Below are positions 1-12,699 of a DNA stretch of 64,000 bases, in pieces; position 1 is the first letter of the stretch, and each line of letters begins with the position of its first letter. Made by a program: the position numbers and the translations under genes. The DNA is from Auanema rhodensis (Eukaryota > Animalia > Nematoda), in NCBI GenBank assembly GCA_964057225.1, contig OZ059896.1, positions 17,422,001 to 17,486,000 of the forward strand, in the 5' to 3' direction. Below the pieces are notes generated by a model that saw only the letters and a program-made list of their open reading frames with translations, ran no database searches and had not been told where the DNA came from.

Positions 1-1268
1 CTTATGAGATCTCTAACGGCCGAGATCAGAGATATCTTGACCTTCTTTGGCGGTGGTATGAGAAGAGTGGCAACTATGATAAGGCAGCTACCTTACTAGC
101 CAGACTTGCTGATAGTACTAGGTATGCTAAAACGTTAAATGGCACATAGCTAACTAAGTTTTTAGAGCCGAGGTTTCTCTTTCTCAAAGATTCTCTTATC
201 TATCTCATGCCATTATGTGTGCTGAAGCCAGTAATGATGAAAAGACTCGCGCTTGTTTAGAAGATTTAAGAGATAAAGTTGAAGTTGCCAGAATTCAAAT
301 CGCCATACGGTAAGTGTCTGATAACGAGATTCAAGCTAATTTTCATGTTTTTCAAGGGACTGCCTCAAAGGCATTGCTAGTCCAACTCAAGTTCAAAAAG
401 AGGCTGTTCGTACTCTCGATGGACCAATTTTACCACTCCAAGATCTGTTGTTTAACTTTGCGGTATTTTTCTCTATTTTCATGTAAAATTCATTCTTAAT
501 ATTAGGTTCCATTGGACTTGTTCAAGATTCAACTATCTATTTATCACTGTGGAAGACTTTATCATGAAGATACAATCATGGATTTGTGGGAGAAGATATT
601 AGATGCTGGTAAGATAATATATTGTACTTGTCACACTATTTTCAATCCTTTTCTTTAGAACTTAACATTAATGATGATCCTGCTGAGAGAGTTCGATGCT
701 CTTTAAAAGAACTTTATAGCATTTTCAACCGCACAAAATATTTCCCAACTGGTATGTTTATTACTTGTTTTTATCTCATCTGACATTGAATTTGTTTAGA
801 ATGGATTGTGCGACGCCTGTTAGCTAAAGGAGCTACTAGCAGAACCATTGACCCATCTTTCTATTATGATTTAATTAAAGATATTGCTATGTCTTCAAAT
901 CAGTTCCTAAACTTACTCTTAGATGAGTACAGGTTTGTTTTCTCTTTACATTCTTTTCTGTATTGACGTTTTCAGAAATGGTGATCCATTCTGGTCAAAG
1001 GATGAGTTTGGACAGAAGTATATAGTGAAAGTTGGTATCTGCCACGTTGAAACCCTTTTAGAATATCCAAATGACCTCAAGAGAAAGTAGGTTTTTTAAT
1101 CTATCACCTGATCTGTAAATGCGTTATAGGCAAGAGCTTGTCGGAAGCTGCGAAGCTCTTCTGTCAGCATTCTCTTTGGACTCCCGATTGGTCTCTGCTA
1201 CCGCATCTTTGCGTCAGCTCAGCTCTCCATTGAGTGTGCTATTACATCGATTGCACGGTCTTCGTTAA
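1..1268 (+). CDS. npp-8: Nucleoporin Nup155 homolog, 3' exons (5' truncated by window)
   Basis: Spliced exons give ...LEDLRDKVEVARIQ...LDGPILPLQDLLFNFAVPLDLFKIQLSIYHCG..., typical of the Nup155 C-terminus; GT-AG introns of 40-50 nt; TAA at 1266-1268; directly upstream of ced-2. Confidence 0.8.
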
Positions 1269-1767
1269 GTTTTTTAAAATCTTTTGCGTACGTTTCCGTA
1301 CTAATTCATTACTAGCTTAGTTGTGTTGTTACTAAAAGGTAAATCAAACAGTTATGCCTCCTTATTATATTATTATATTTTGCATTAAGTGTCTGTTATT
1401 TACGTATTATCGTTGTTTGTTGATCATGTCGCTGCTAGTTGCTGTTGTGGATCTCCCATTTTTTTCATAAACTTTCCCGGTTTGTACCTCATATCGTTTT
1501 CCTCGGAACCACCGTTGCAACTCATATTATTTATTTTCTGTTTGAATCATGATCCTGTTGAAGATTGTCTTCTTATGTGCTGTAGTACATACGGATATAC
1601 ACTACCAGTGTGTTTTTCCTCGTCGCGAAATTGCATTGGTAGACTATAAATTGAGAGCAATATTCACTTTTTTTTACTTATTATTTTTAATACAGTCGTT
1701 TTTCACTGTAATTATCTAGTCATTGTTGTTAATTTATAATAATATTTGCTTATATTTTAAGTGAATC

Positions 1768-2862
1768 ATGCCCGGGGGAACCTTTGATCCGTACGATTGG
1801 AGATCATTCTATTTCGGAAAGATGGGCAGAGATGAGGCTCAGAGGCGTCTTTCTCGTAAAGAAGTTGCTGTAGGCACCTTTTTATTGAGAGATAGCTCTC
1901 ATCCTGGAGATTATTCACTTAGTGTTAGGTAACGCCGAGCACCAGTATTTCCCCAGCAATCTATTTTAGGGAATCTGATGATGAAAATATGGTAAGACAT
2001 TACCTCATCCGCAAAGTTGATAAAGAAGATGGAACTTCTGCAGTAAAGGTATTAAAAATTCTACTCACCTTTTAATGTATACAATGAATTAGATTGCTGA
2101 ACAAACTTTCGTTGATATTCCAACTTTGCTTAATCATTATAAAATGAGAATACTAGATCAAGCTTCATTAACAGCGCCATATAGGAAGGATCAGATAGAA
2201 CGAGTATAAATTATCCCTCTTATTGGTTTAAAAAAATACTTTTTTTTAGGTAATTGCTATTCACCGGTTTGACGGTGAACGAGAATGTGATTTACCTTTC
2301 GAAGCTGGAGAAGAACTTGAAGTTATAGAGAAGACGGAAGAACAGTGGTGGCAAGCTCGAAATGCTCTAAACTCTATAGGATTAATACCTGCCAATTATG
2401 TTACTCCGGTATTTTCAATAATAACTTTATCATTTTCAAAATATTGTTATGAAGTTAGTGGACAATGAAAGAGAGTCGAAAGGTCGAAGCCAGTCATCTT
2501 ATGACAGCTCCGCTGGTGACGAGCGGTGTAGCGGAGTTTCTACCGGAAGTGATAGTCAAGAAGATCGTTATGAAGTAAAACGTATAATTTATTTGGCCAA
2601 ATTCATTATATTCTATTCAGCCCTCCCTACCTGCAGTTGCTAAAGTTATATACGATAGACAGCCTAATGCATATGATTCGACGCAATTGAAATTGCAGGT
2701 ATAGATTAAGCAGGATCTAGCTAAGTAAACTAAATTTTTCATTTATAGAAAGGCCATAGCATTACAATTTTGCGAAAGATGACAAATGGGCAATATGAAG
2801 CTGATTTTGATGGCAAAATAGGTTTCGTACCATTCACGTATGTTCGCTTTAATCGTCCTTGA
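1768..2862 (+). CDS. ced-2: CrkII adaptor (SH2-SH3-SH3)
   Basis: FDPYDWRSFYFGKMGRDEA...GTFLLRDSSHPGDYSLSV (SH2); FDGERECDLPFEAGEELEVI...WWQARN...GLIPANYV (SH3); second SH3 with PNAYDSTQL...GFVPFTYV; 6 GT-AG introns. Confidence 0.93.
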
Positions 2863-3635
2863 ATAATCCCTGCATTCAACTAACTTCAATACTAAATCTC
2901 AATTTAACGATTCTTAACAACTTCTGTTACATATATAAGTATGTTTGTGTTTTTCTTATTCCTCGCTGCTGGAAAGTGTTGTTTTTCTAATTCTTCGGGT
3001 TGAACCCATGCTTTGAAGCCTTAAAGGTTAAGATAATTGATTCTTCTTAATCAATGTTCTTAAAATACATCATAGTTTTAAAACTGGTCATTATATGTTT
3101 GAACCAATCTTTCTTTATAATTTATATTTTATGAACTTATAAAATCAGAAAGTTGCCTTAATACACATCGCCTTTATTTATTCAAGATTCCTTGTATATC
3201 CTGTAAAATTGTAATTTTTCAATGATACAATTCTCGAAGAAGTCTTTTTTCTTCTAAGTTTTTAAAAATTTTAAACTTTTTCTTTGTGCATATAGATGAA
3301 ATCGTAATAGAATGTCAAATGATTCTCATGATTCTCATGATTAATCATTAGAATAAATGTAAAATCGTTGAACATTCAGTTGAATTTTTTTATTAGCTGG
3401 TAAATACTCATTTCATTGAAAAGATATAGGTAATATTTCAAACATTAGGCGATGTTTTGGTTCTGATGAGATGGCTGACAAAAGAATTGATGATGAATTT
3501 TCTTTTTCAAGTGATTTTCTTATGAATAAATATTTGAAAATTATTTTGTATATTGTTAATTGATTTGGTTATAAACTAACTTCGTATATTTGTTGAATAT
3601 AGTGATGTTATAGTAAATTGTTTTTATTGGTTTAG

Positions 3636-4850
3636 ATGCGTCATAAGAAGATTCCAAGTAAAAACAGAAAAAAATTGAAGCAAGTTGATCCTTTCAACAA
3701 GAAGGGAGCTCAAGTTAGAGAAGAAGCTAAGAAGTATGGTTGTTCATAAATTTGTTCTTAATAAATATCAATTGAAGAAAGCTAAATCGCGTACCAAAGG
3801 ATTTGGATGACCAACCTTTAAGTAAATCTCTCTTGGAGTTAAAGGAGAGTCAGAAGCTTAATGATAAGAAGGAAGTGAAAAGAAAGAAGAAGGAAACTAA
3901 TTTAATTTTACGTATGTTCCTATACTTTTTGATAGATTACATATATATGTTTCAGTTGAAGCAAAAAAAGCAGGACTTGAAAAGGGAAGATTTGAAGGAA
4001 TTCAACAGTTTGTTCGTAGAATTGAAAGAACAGTCTTTAGAGACATTGACGAACATCATGTCAAGGTATAATGAAATTTGCTCATACATTTAGTTAAGGT
4101 TAATTCAGATGAAACAAGGTTTAACTGGAAGAGCTCAAGCAGAAATAGATGCTGATATGAAATTATTGGAGGATAAAGAAAAACGTCAAAAAGAACAGAA
4201 GAAGCGTGAAATTCAAAATAAAATCGTTGCTGCGCGAGAGGAAAGAGAAAGAAAGGCTAAAGCAATTGTTGAGAGAGAGGAAGCAAAGCAAAAAAGAAAA
4301 GAAGAAAGAGAAAAAATGATTGCAGAAAGGGAAAAAGAAGTGAGTTTCAGATCTTTAAAAAAATATTTTAATTTCGGAAGTTTCAGAGGCTTAGAATGGA
4401 GCAGGAAGCAGAGGAAGAGGAAGAAGAAGATGAGCAGGAGGAAGAGATGGAGCAAGATAATGAGGAAAAAGTAGAAGATGAAGAAGATGATGAAGGTGGT
4501 AAACCACGTAAAAAGAATTTGAAACCCTTCAAGAAATCGGAGAAACCTGCAAAAAGAGCAGAAAAGGCAAGAGCATTGAAGGAGATTGAGCAGAAAACAA
4601 AACGAAATGAATCTCTCTTAAATTCAGTTGGTAAGGCTTCAAAACCATGAGAACTTTTTAATTTTTTGATTTTAGAAATAATCCGATTTGGTGAACGTTA
4701 TGATGAGCCTCCCAGCTTTTCAGGAGGACTTAAGAAGGAGTTTGATCCCTTATTTGCGAAGGTGAATGATAAAACAGAGATGTAGTTTTAAAGTTTCTTC
4801 TTCAGGCTGGAGGAAAAAATCTACTGTTAAGTTCTATGTTGAAGAAATGA
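3636..4850 (+). CDS. CCDC137-like basic coiled-coil protein
   Basis: MRHKKIPSKNRKKLKQVDPF..., K/E-rich coils, acidic tract, C-terminal IRFGERYDEPPSF motif; consistent splicing. Confidence 0.7.
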
Positions 4851-5803
4851 AGAGGAAATAAAATTGATTATCAATATGTTCTTGTGTGATAGTTACTTAT
4901 TGTTTTGTTGTTAATTGTTATTTGTTGTTTAGAATAAAATTCGTACGAAAAACCCTTGTTATCGCCATATTAAGTTTGTTTCTGATGTTACATCAATAAA
5001 TTTGTAATATTTGGTCGGCAGAATGCCCGTCCTTATCAACATTCAATTTCCCACGAAAACTTTAAACTCTGATTTCAATCATTTGATGATTGAACTAGAC
5101 CACGTATTCATAGTTTGTAGTGTATTTCGGCGATTATTATTATTGATGTAGTTCGTTCTTTCACATTAATAGTTAAAACTATAACTAAGCATTAGATGTT
5201 CATACAATGTTTCGAGTACTTTCTATCTTACATAATCTTATAAAATTGTTATTTAAAGCATGCAAAGCTTATAACTTATGCTTAATCCTTATGCTTTATA
5301 TTGCATGTATTCAATGCCCGAAAATGTAAGTAGTGAACGTTCTCTGAGTCTCACGTAACCATATTGATCTGAAAACGTTACGAAACAAGATATAAGTGAT
5401 TATGAGTTCTACTATACTATTGAATTAACTATATTAATCATAGCTTTTAAGAGAAATAGTAGCTAGAACGAATTAAAATTCAATGGACAGCCAGATACTT
5501 ATCTTTGACATGTTTCATGTTCTTTGATTTATATGCAATTCTATATCTTTTGAATGTGATGAACTATACTAAAACTGATAAAAAAATTTTGAGAAAGATA
5601 ATAATACTTGATTTGAAATTAGATATAAACGGAAATGAGACCCTGAGATTTATTGATGATGATTTCGGTATATATATATACATATACATATGTATATTGA
5701 AGAATATAAATACTTTTCTTTTGGTAAAATAATAATTATAAATATATAAATAGATTCTTTGAGATCTTTCTCTTTTTCAAAAAAATATAAATAAAATATG
5801 CTT

Positions 5804-7457
5804 TCAGGTAAGATAAACATCCTTAATTAATGAATGAAACTCCATTAAATTGAAAACATCTGATACTCTGGTTTGATTATATAATGAACGTACAGCACAC
5901 TGAAATAATCGAATATGAATTTTAAATTGAAATATGATGTCTAACCCTGATTCCTGATGTTAAGAGTAGAATTGAGCCCATGCGTACCACATAATCTTCT
6001 GGATATTTTTTCTTGCAATGAATCATTAATTCAGATGTTATTCGCTCTTGTAACTGATTGATATCTTGACTCTGATCCATTCCAAAGACGAACTTGTCTG
6101 TAGAAGTAGTATCTACGAGAGCATTCGTAAGTATCATAGACGAAGCAAATGCCGATTCAGAGCACAATACAAACAAAATGTTTATGTGTAGTACTGATAA
6201 TCAGCAGGCCAGGTGTTATGAATCGGAAAAAGGCTAATTTAAATGCTTACGAGTTAGTAGCAGAATTGTCTTCAGCACAGCTGTCTCGTAACTATCAATC
6301 TGTAGCTGTCGCATAGGAACTCCAACGGAATCTATCGAATCTCGCACGAAAATAGGATGAAGCCTGTTGAAGTAATTTGGTAATATAGTCACTTATGGAA
6401 TACTACTCGACTTACTTTGCTTTGGTAGGTACTTCTTTATCATAACAGTCAACTTCTGGTAATCCTCTCAAATAATCCGGGCACATGTAGGTGTTATTCT
6501 GAATCATCCAGTAATCACCATATTCTTCACTTAATTGCGAAGTTAGGTGACCCTGATCCACAAGTAAAAAAGCAAATCCATATTCTAATAGAATAGATTT
6601 CTGAATTTTTATAAATTTTCAGTTGTTTTTAAAGTATATATTACCTGCATTTCTAAATCTAGATTTCTGAATGGTACAAACTGCATAGCCCATTCAGATG
6701 CATTCATAAGTGCAATTCTAAGCATGAAGTTAACATCTTTCTTTCGAGCACGTCGAAAAGGTGGATGATGAATCTGAAATATATTTTCTTTATAATATCA
6801 AATTTTCGAAGAAATCAATATTACATAATCATATATTCGATCAAATATATCAACTCCACATCCAACTGTATCTTCCATCATACATGCAGACGAGAAGTGT
6901 TGACTTCGTTGGCGAGTTTGTAATCTAACTAACTGATCTAACATCCACGTGTTACCACCTATTGGACTATCTAGAGCACGCTTTCTTGAGTAAAATAGCT
7001 GTTAACTCGAAAGCTCATACCAATAGACGGCAGCGAAGTGCTGGTGGACGGTGTATCAAGCATAGAACTATCAGAAGGTGATGATACCGGCTGTGATTTG
7101 CGCTTTCTTGGACCCATAATATCCCTTCGATGAATGGCTAAATTACCCATTAACATACAACAAGCTAACTATAAAGTATAATTACCATTGGGACACATAC
7201 CAACCATCAAGCATTTTTGCAAACGGCAATAACGACATATACATCTTGTCTCTGTATTGAATATTTGAAGTTAAGATTCCAATCGACTATTTCTAATACA
7301 ACATACCACTTGTGATGACACAATTCTGTCCTTTTAGACATTTATACTTTGCGTCTTTGCATACAGATCGTCGAAAAAATACAATACATCCCAGACATGC
7401 CGGTGCTTTATAGCGATTTCCATACACACGATCGCCACACACGGCGCATGCCGTCAT
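5804..7457 (-). CDS. Nematode-type nuclear hormone receptor (C4 zinc fingers + LBD)
   Basis: MTACAVCGDRVYGNRYKAPACLGCIVFFRRS...CRYCRLQKCLMVGM; LBD exons with SEWAMQFVPFRNL and RMGSILLL. Confidence 0.92.
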
Positions 7458-8149
7458 GTCCGGCAGTTTAATTGAACTGATTTCTTTTAAAATTGTGGTG
7501 AAATTTCGGTTTTAGGAACCCCTGAAATAGTGATTGTCATAGAAGCTATAGTATATGATCTTTCAAAAATATCTTTAAGATAAGAATAAGACATTGGCAT
7601 TGAGAAAGAGTAAAGTATATATTGTTAGTTAAAAGCCAAATAGATTAATCCATAGAATATTGAGAGCATAATGAGAGAAATTAGTAGAAATAGTAGAAAA
7701 GAAAGAGAAACAGTATTCATAATAGAAAGAGATAAGAATATAAGAAATATTGAGAAAAGCAGATTGAATGTATAAGCGTGAGGATAATTCCATGTTCTTA
7801 GAACTAACAATAATAAATATACAATTAGAAGATATTTTAAGAGTATAGAAAGTATAATGATAGTGGTCTTTGATGATAAAATATAAGATACAAAGGTGAA
7901 TTTTGTAAAAAAAAAGTTTATGTTTATACTAAGATTATATTGGAAATTAGAAAAAATAAAAACAAAATTTAGTTTTATCGATGTACAGATAAATTGAAAG
8001 AACAATAATCGATTTGTGTATGTAGAAAAGCTGAAAACGATTATGTCTGTCAGGACAAATCTTATAAGAGATCCAAAAGCTTAATCTTTTCATGAAATTC
8101 ACAAGATCATACATGTATACATGTATTATTGTGTAATTTTGAAGATGAA

Positions 8150-8203
8150 GGAGAGAGGGAGAGAGAGAGAGAGAGCGAGAGTTAGTGAGTGTGAGAGAGA
8201 GAG

Positions 8204-8275
<72 letters not shown>
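8150..8275. repeat. (GA)n microsatellite
   Basis: Near-perfect GA dinucleotide run. Confidence 0.97.
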
Positions 8276-8279
<4 letters not shown>

Positions 8280-10082
8280 TTTAATTGTGGCTTTAAAATT
8301 TGTCAATTAGAAAGAGAACTTGTTTTCTGTGTCAGCTTTTGATAAGAAAAATGATGGACAACAACATGAGTAAAGGTGTTTCTTGATGTAGATTTCTTAC
8401 ACATATGTATACAATGTAGATTGCTGATATGATTTAATTATTTAAAAAAGAAATATAAAAAGACGACGAAATATAAAAATGGAATATAGTAATACAATAG
8501 AAGTAGCTTACGAAATAATATACAATTGATATATATAACTCGCGAAGAACAGATAAATATCAGTAGGAAATACCAGGAAAGTAATCAACAGTTTATAAAA
8601 TTATTCTGAATGCAATGACGTCAATTATGAATAAATATTAAAATAACTCGGATTCAATAGTTGTATAGATAATCTTTTTTTTGGTTTAGTTGTTAGAGCA
8701 TGGCTACACACATTCTCTGGCACATTTAACTGATGTGATGTACAAAATGATAAGAATCATAGATTTTATGTAATCAACATTACAGAACGAGCAGAATACA
8801 ATCAACGAAAAATAAAAATAAACCAAGTATTTGATTGAATAGATAATGGTTTTTCTAAATTTCAAAAGTAGCAGTGAAAAGTAAGAGAAACGTGCCAAAA
8901 TTAAGAGACAGCTGAAAAAAAAGGAAATACATTTGCCTAAAGGAAAAACATTTTTACAAGAATTTTTGTTGAGAAGACTCTGCGTGTATGTTTTTGTAGT
9001 AGCTAGGTGTGCATGTATATGTGGGAGTGTATGTATGTAAGTGTGGATTCATTCCTCATTCCAGAGGAAAACCAAAGACACAATAAAAAAAACAATGAAA
9101 GGTAGGCATCGTAGAAAATTAGTTCTGACAAAGCTGCGTATAAGAATATCAAATTTGTTATTGTATTTCAGATCATAAGCTTCATAGAATGATCAACATC
9201 AACTATCTTGAACAGGACTGAAGTATGATGTTGTGTCTAGTTTATGATTTCTGATCATGCTTGCTTTGCAGCTTTTTCAAGCTGCTCTTGTTTAGGTTTA
9301 ATTTACCTTGTGAAAATAACATCTTAATGGAATAAGAATCAGAATATGAACAATAAATAAGAAATAACATTCTGAATCCTGTACTAATTAGGAATAATAT
9401 TAGATATAAAATAAATTAAGTTATATAGATAGTTACATAGAAACAGAGGTGAACAGAAGAGAAATGAGGCGAAGGTGGGAGGGACGGTGACGACGAAAAG
9501 AAGTGACGACGAGATGAAATGAATCAATGAGAGAGAGAGAGAGAGAATAAATGAAGGGATGGAGAGAGAGACGGATAGATAGAAAGAAAGAGTGCATAAT
9601 TCTGAGAAACAGATTAGAAAATTATATATATTATGCGTATATTGCTATTGGAAATGAAGTCGATTATGAGATTTTTCTTAGTAAAAATTAATTGAGGAAA
9701 TATATACCGGAATAAATAATATTAAACATATTATAAACTTTTTTCTCAATTAAATACTTTGAAACTTGAAATGTTGTCATTGAGAGTATCATATGAAGTA
9801 ATGTAGTGGAGATAGATAAAGAGAGAAGTCGGAAGAGAGAGGGACAACAAGAGAGAGAGATAGAAACCGCCTCGTGTCTTCAAGCGTTATCATACATATG
9901 ATTGTGAAAGTACAATCAAACTTATAGACAAATGCTACTAATGGGGAATCGATTGTTTCGTGTCAACTGATTTTTATATAGACTAGTGATTTAAATCCAG
10001 TTTTGCCTGTTCATCGCAACTTTGTATCAGGATTGATATAGATGGTTTAGGGGGGATGCCCTTCAGCATTTTCGTTGTATCA

Positions 10083-10099
10083 CTCTCTCTGTCTTTGGT

Positions 10100-10138
<39 letters not shown>

Positions 10139-10140
10139 TT
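10083..10140. repeat. (CT)n microsatellite
   Basis: CT dinucleotide run; shorter GA runs also at ~9528-9546 and ~9820-9860. Confidence 0.9.
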
Positions 10141-11570
10141 TTGGTTCTCTTTTTCTTTCTATTTTGTCGGTTACCTCTCAGTCATGAAACAGTTTTTTTC
10201 TGTCAAGTAATAAGTGAGAACCTACCTAGGTGGTACGAATAATTGACAATAAAGATTTCTTTTTTAAGATACGCAAATAGGATTGATTATAATTTATAGA
10301 TTGAGCAGAAAACACTAATTGTATTTTACTAATATTATCTTGTTATATAGCTAGTTAAATAATTTGTGAGCAAAACACATATGATATAATTTTAAAAAAA
10401 ATGTACATAGATATATGAAAAGAATGAATAATCTAATAAGTGATAAGAGTTTGTTTGATTAAAATATTCAATTTATCTCACATTCTCAAGGTTTTCCTCA
10501 CGTAATGAAAGAGGGAAAGAGAGAAGAGTTGATTATAAAATCTCAGATTAATAATATTAGTTATACTTCAAGGGGGGGGGGGAGAGTAGGTGGAAGGAAT
10601 AACAGGAAAAAAAGAATATATGGTACGTAAGACAAATTGAATTAAAAATATAAAAAAATGGTTTTATTCTTCAATAATTTTGATGAGGAAGTAATGTCTG
10701 ATTAACGATATTGGAAGTGTTATCCTTTACACACACTCATATATGTTTTCGTAGATGGAAACATATTAGGTCAATCCGATTAGCCCAACCTTGTCGTGAT
10801 AAAATCTTAATTTTCATTTAAGAAACGACAAAAATAGGTTCATCTATAGTTGCTGGTATTCGTTAGCAACCAATTTTCTGAGTAGAAACATTGCAATAAC
10901 AACAAAACTATTTTCAAATATATGTATATGTATGCAATAGCTCAATTTCTTCAAAAATGTCCAGAATTCAAAAGCTGAAACTAAAATTGTAATGTGATTT
11001 CTGAAATGAATTTGTGTTTTTGTAAAAATTGCAATCAATATGAAACTTTCTCCAGCGTCTTTGTTTTCAGGCAATAGCGAGATAGGCATTATTTCCATCA
11101 TCATCTTCATCAACATATTGACTATGACCAGTGACAAAAAAAAGTGGCGAAGCATGCTGACTATGTTTGCGTCGTTACTTTCTTTATCAATTGAATATAT
11201 TTTTGAATTTCTTTAAAAGAAAACAATAAGAAAAGCCCAGCAAGAGCAAAATCTGATCAAAAATCACTGTTTCACTGAGCATAAGTAATCAATTAAAAGC
11301 CAAATATGAGTTGTTGTTGAAACTATTATGAAAAGAAACTCATAATTACTCTCAAATCTATATGAACATCGAACATTAATATTTTGTGGAAGGAAATCAT
11401 CATAATATGAGAATTTTCACTATGAACCTTATCGTTGGCTCGCTTCCTCGTTTTTCAATATAATCAGTCTTACTTTTTCTCTTCCCGTTCCATTATGAGT
11501 TTTTTTTTCCTGAAACTGCTGGAACTATTCAGTTGTATAAGGCTACAAACAAGTTGTAACAAAGTTGGGA

Positions 11571-11580
11571 GTATAAAAGG
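11571..11580 (+). promoter_or_regulatory. TATA box of the collagen gene
   Basis: GTATAAAAG, the nematode TATA consensus, ~40 nt upstream of ATG 11611. Confidence 0.7.
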
Positions 11581-11610
11581 ACGGTCTAAACTGCCAAATG
11601 ATATGTCAGA

Positions 11611-12640
11611 ATGACTACAACTACTCTTCTGGTTAATATTACTTCAGCTGCTAGCATTATTGCTCTGCTAGCTTCCATCTCCACTGTTCTCTATCTCTTT
11701 AACGACATCAACAGTTACAGAGATGAGGTCATTAATGATTTGGAAGTATTCAGAGTAAGATAAAGTTATAATTTTTTAGTAACAGTTTCATCTATTTTAG
11801 GATGATGCTAACTCTGTCTGGCACGAGCTCGTTCAATTGGCCCCAGTGAAGGAACAGAGATCCGTCGCCGATCTCCTTTACGGTCGTCTTAAGCGTCAAG
11901 CTCCACAATGCAACTGTGGACTTGCTGCTGCCAATTGCCCACAAGGACCACAAGGACCTCCAGGACCACCAGGAGTTCACGGAGAAGATGGACACGATGG
12001 ACCAGACGGACACGATGGAGTTGACGGCCGCGGAGGACTCGTTAGAGACCGTGCTACTGGATGTCTCTCCTGCCCAGCTGGACCAGCTGGCCCACCAGGA
12101 CCTGACGGAGCTGTTGGAGCCGCCGGACAAGACGGAGACAACGGAGTTCCAGGTAACAATGGAAACCCAGGAACCCCAGGAGCCATCGGACCAGTTGGAA
12201 ACAAGGGACCATCTGGAGCTCCAGGAGCCCCAGGAACCCCAGGACCAAAGGGAAAAGACGGAGAACGCCAAATTGGAAAGAGAGGACCAGCTGGACTTCC
12301 AGGATCTGTAGGAGATGCTGGAGAGAATGGAGCTCCAGGAGACAACGGAGCCCCAGGAGCCCCAGGACAACCAGGACCAGCAGGACCAAACGGACAACCA
12401 GGAGCCCCAGGATCCGACGGACAACCAGGAGCCTCAGGAATCGCCGGAACCCCAGGACCTGATGCCCAATACTGCCCATGCCCACCCAGAGATGGAGAGA
12501 TTATTCAACCAAAGGAAGAGACCGCCAGTGGATACAGATTTAAGCACAGACACGCTGCTGCTACCCGCCGTATCGCCAGAAAGAAGGTTGCCAGAAGAAA
12601 GTTGGCCAAGGCTGCTCGCAGAGTCGCTAAGAGAGCTTAA
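11611..12640 (+). CDS. Cuticle collagen (CNC...CP N-terminal Cys class) with basic C-terminal tail
   Basis: Hydrophobic N-terminus, one intron (11756-11800), RLKR furin site, QCNCG...NCPQGP, Gly-X-Y blocks, YCPCP. Confidence 0.96.
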
Positions 12641-12699
12641 ATCTAATCTTCCATTGAATAAAGTTTAGTTCATTCATAAATGTTTATTTGTCTTCATTA

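Noticed and set aside
4950-5500. 42-codon ORF and 9-bp palindrome between the CCDC137-like gene and the NHR
   Set aside because: No recognisable motif or splice structure; compatible with chance in AT-rich DNA
7947-8342. SL-repeat and ER-repeat ORFs
   Set aside because: Translations of the (GA)n microsatellite
11792-12668. Long alternative-frame and antisense ORFs over collagen 1
   Set aside because: Shadow ORFs produced by GGA-CCA-rich Gly-X-Y codon repeats
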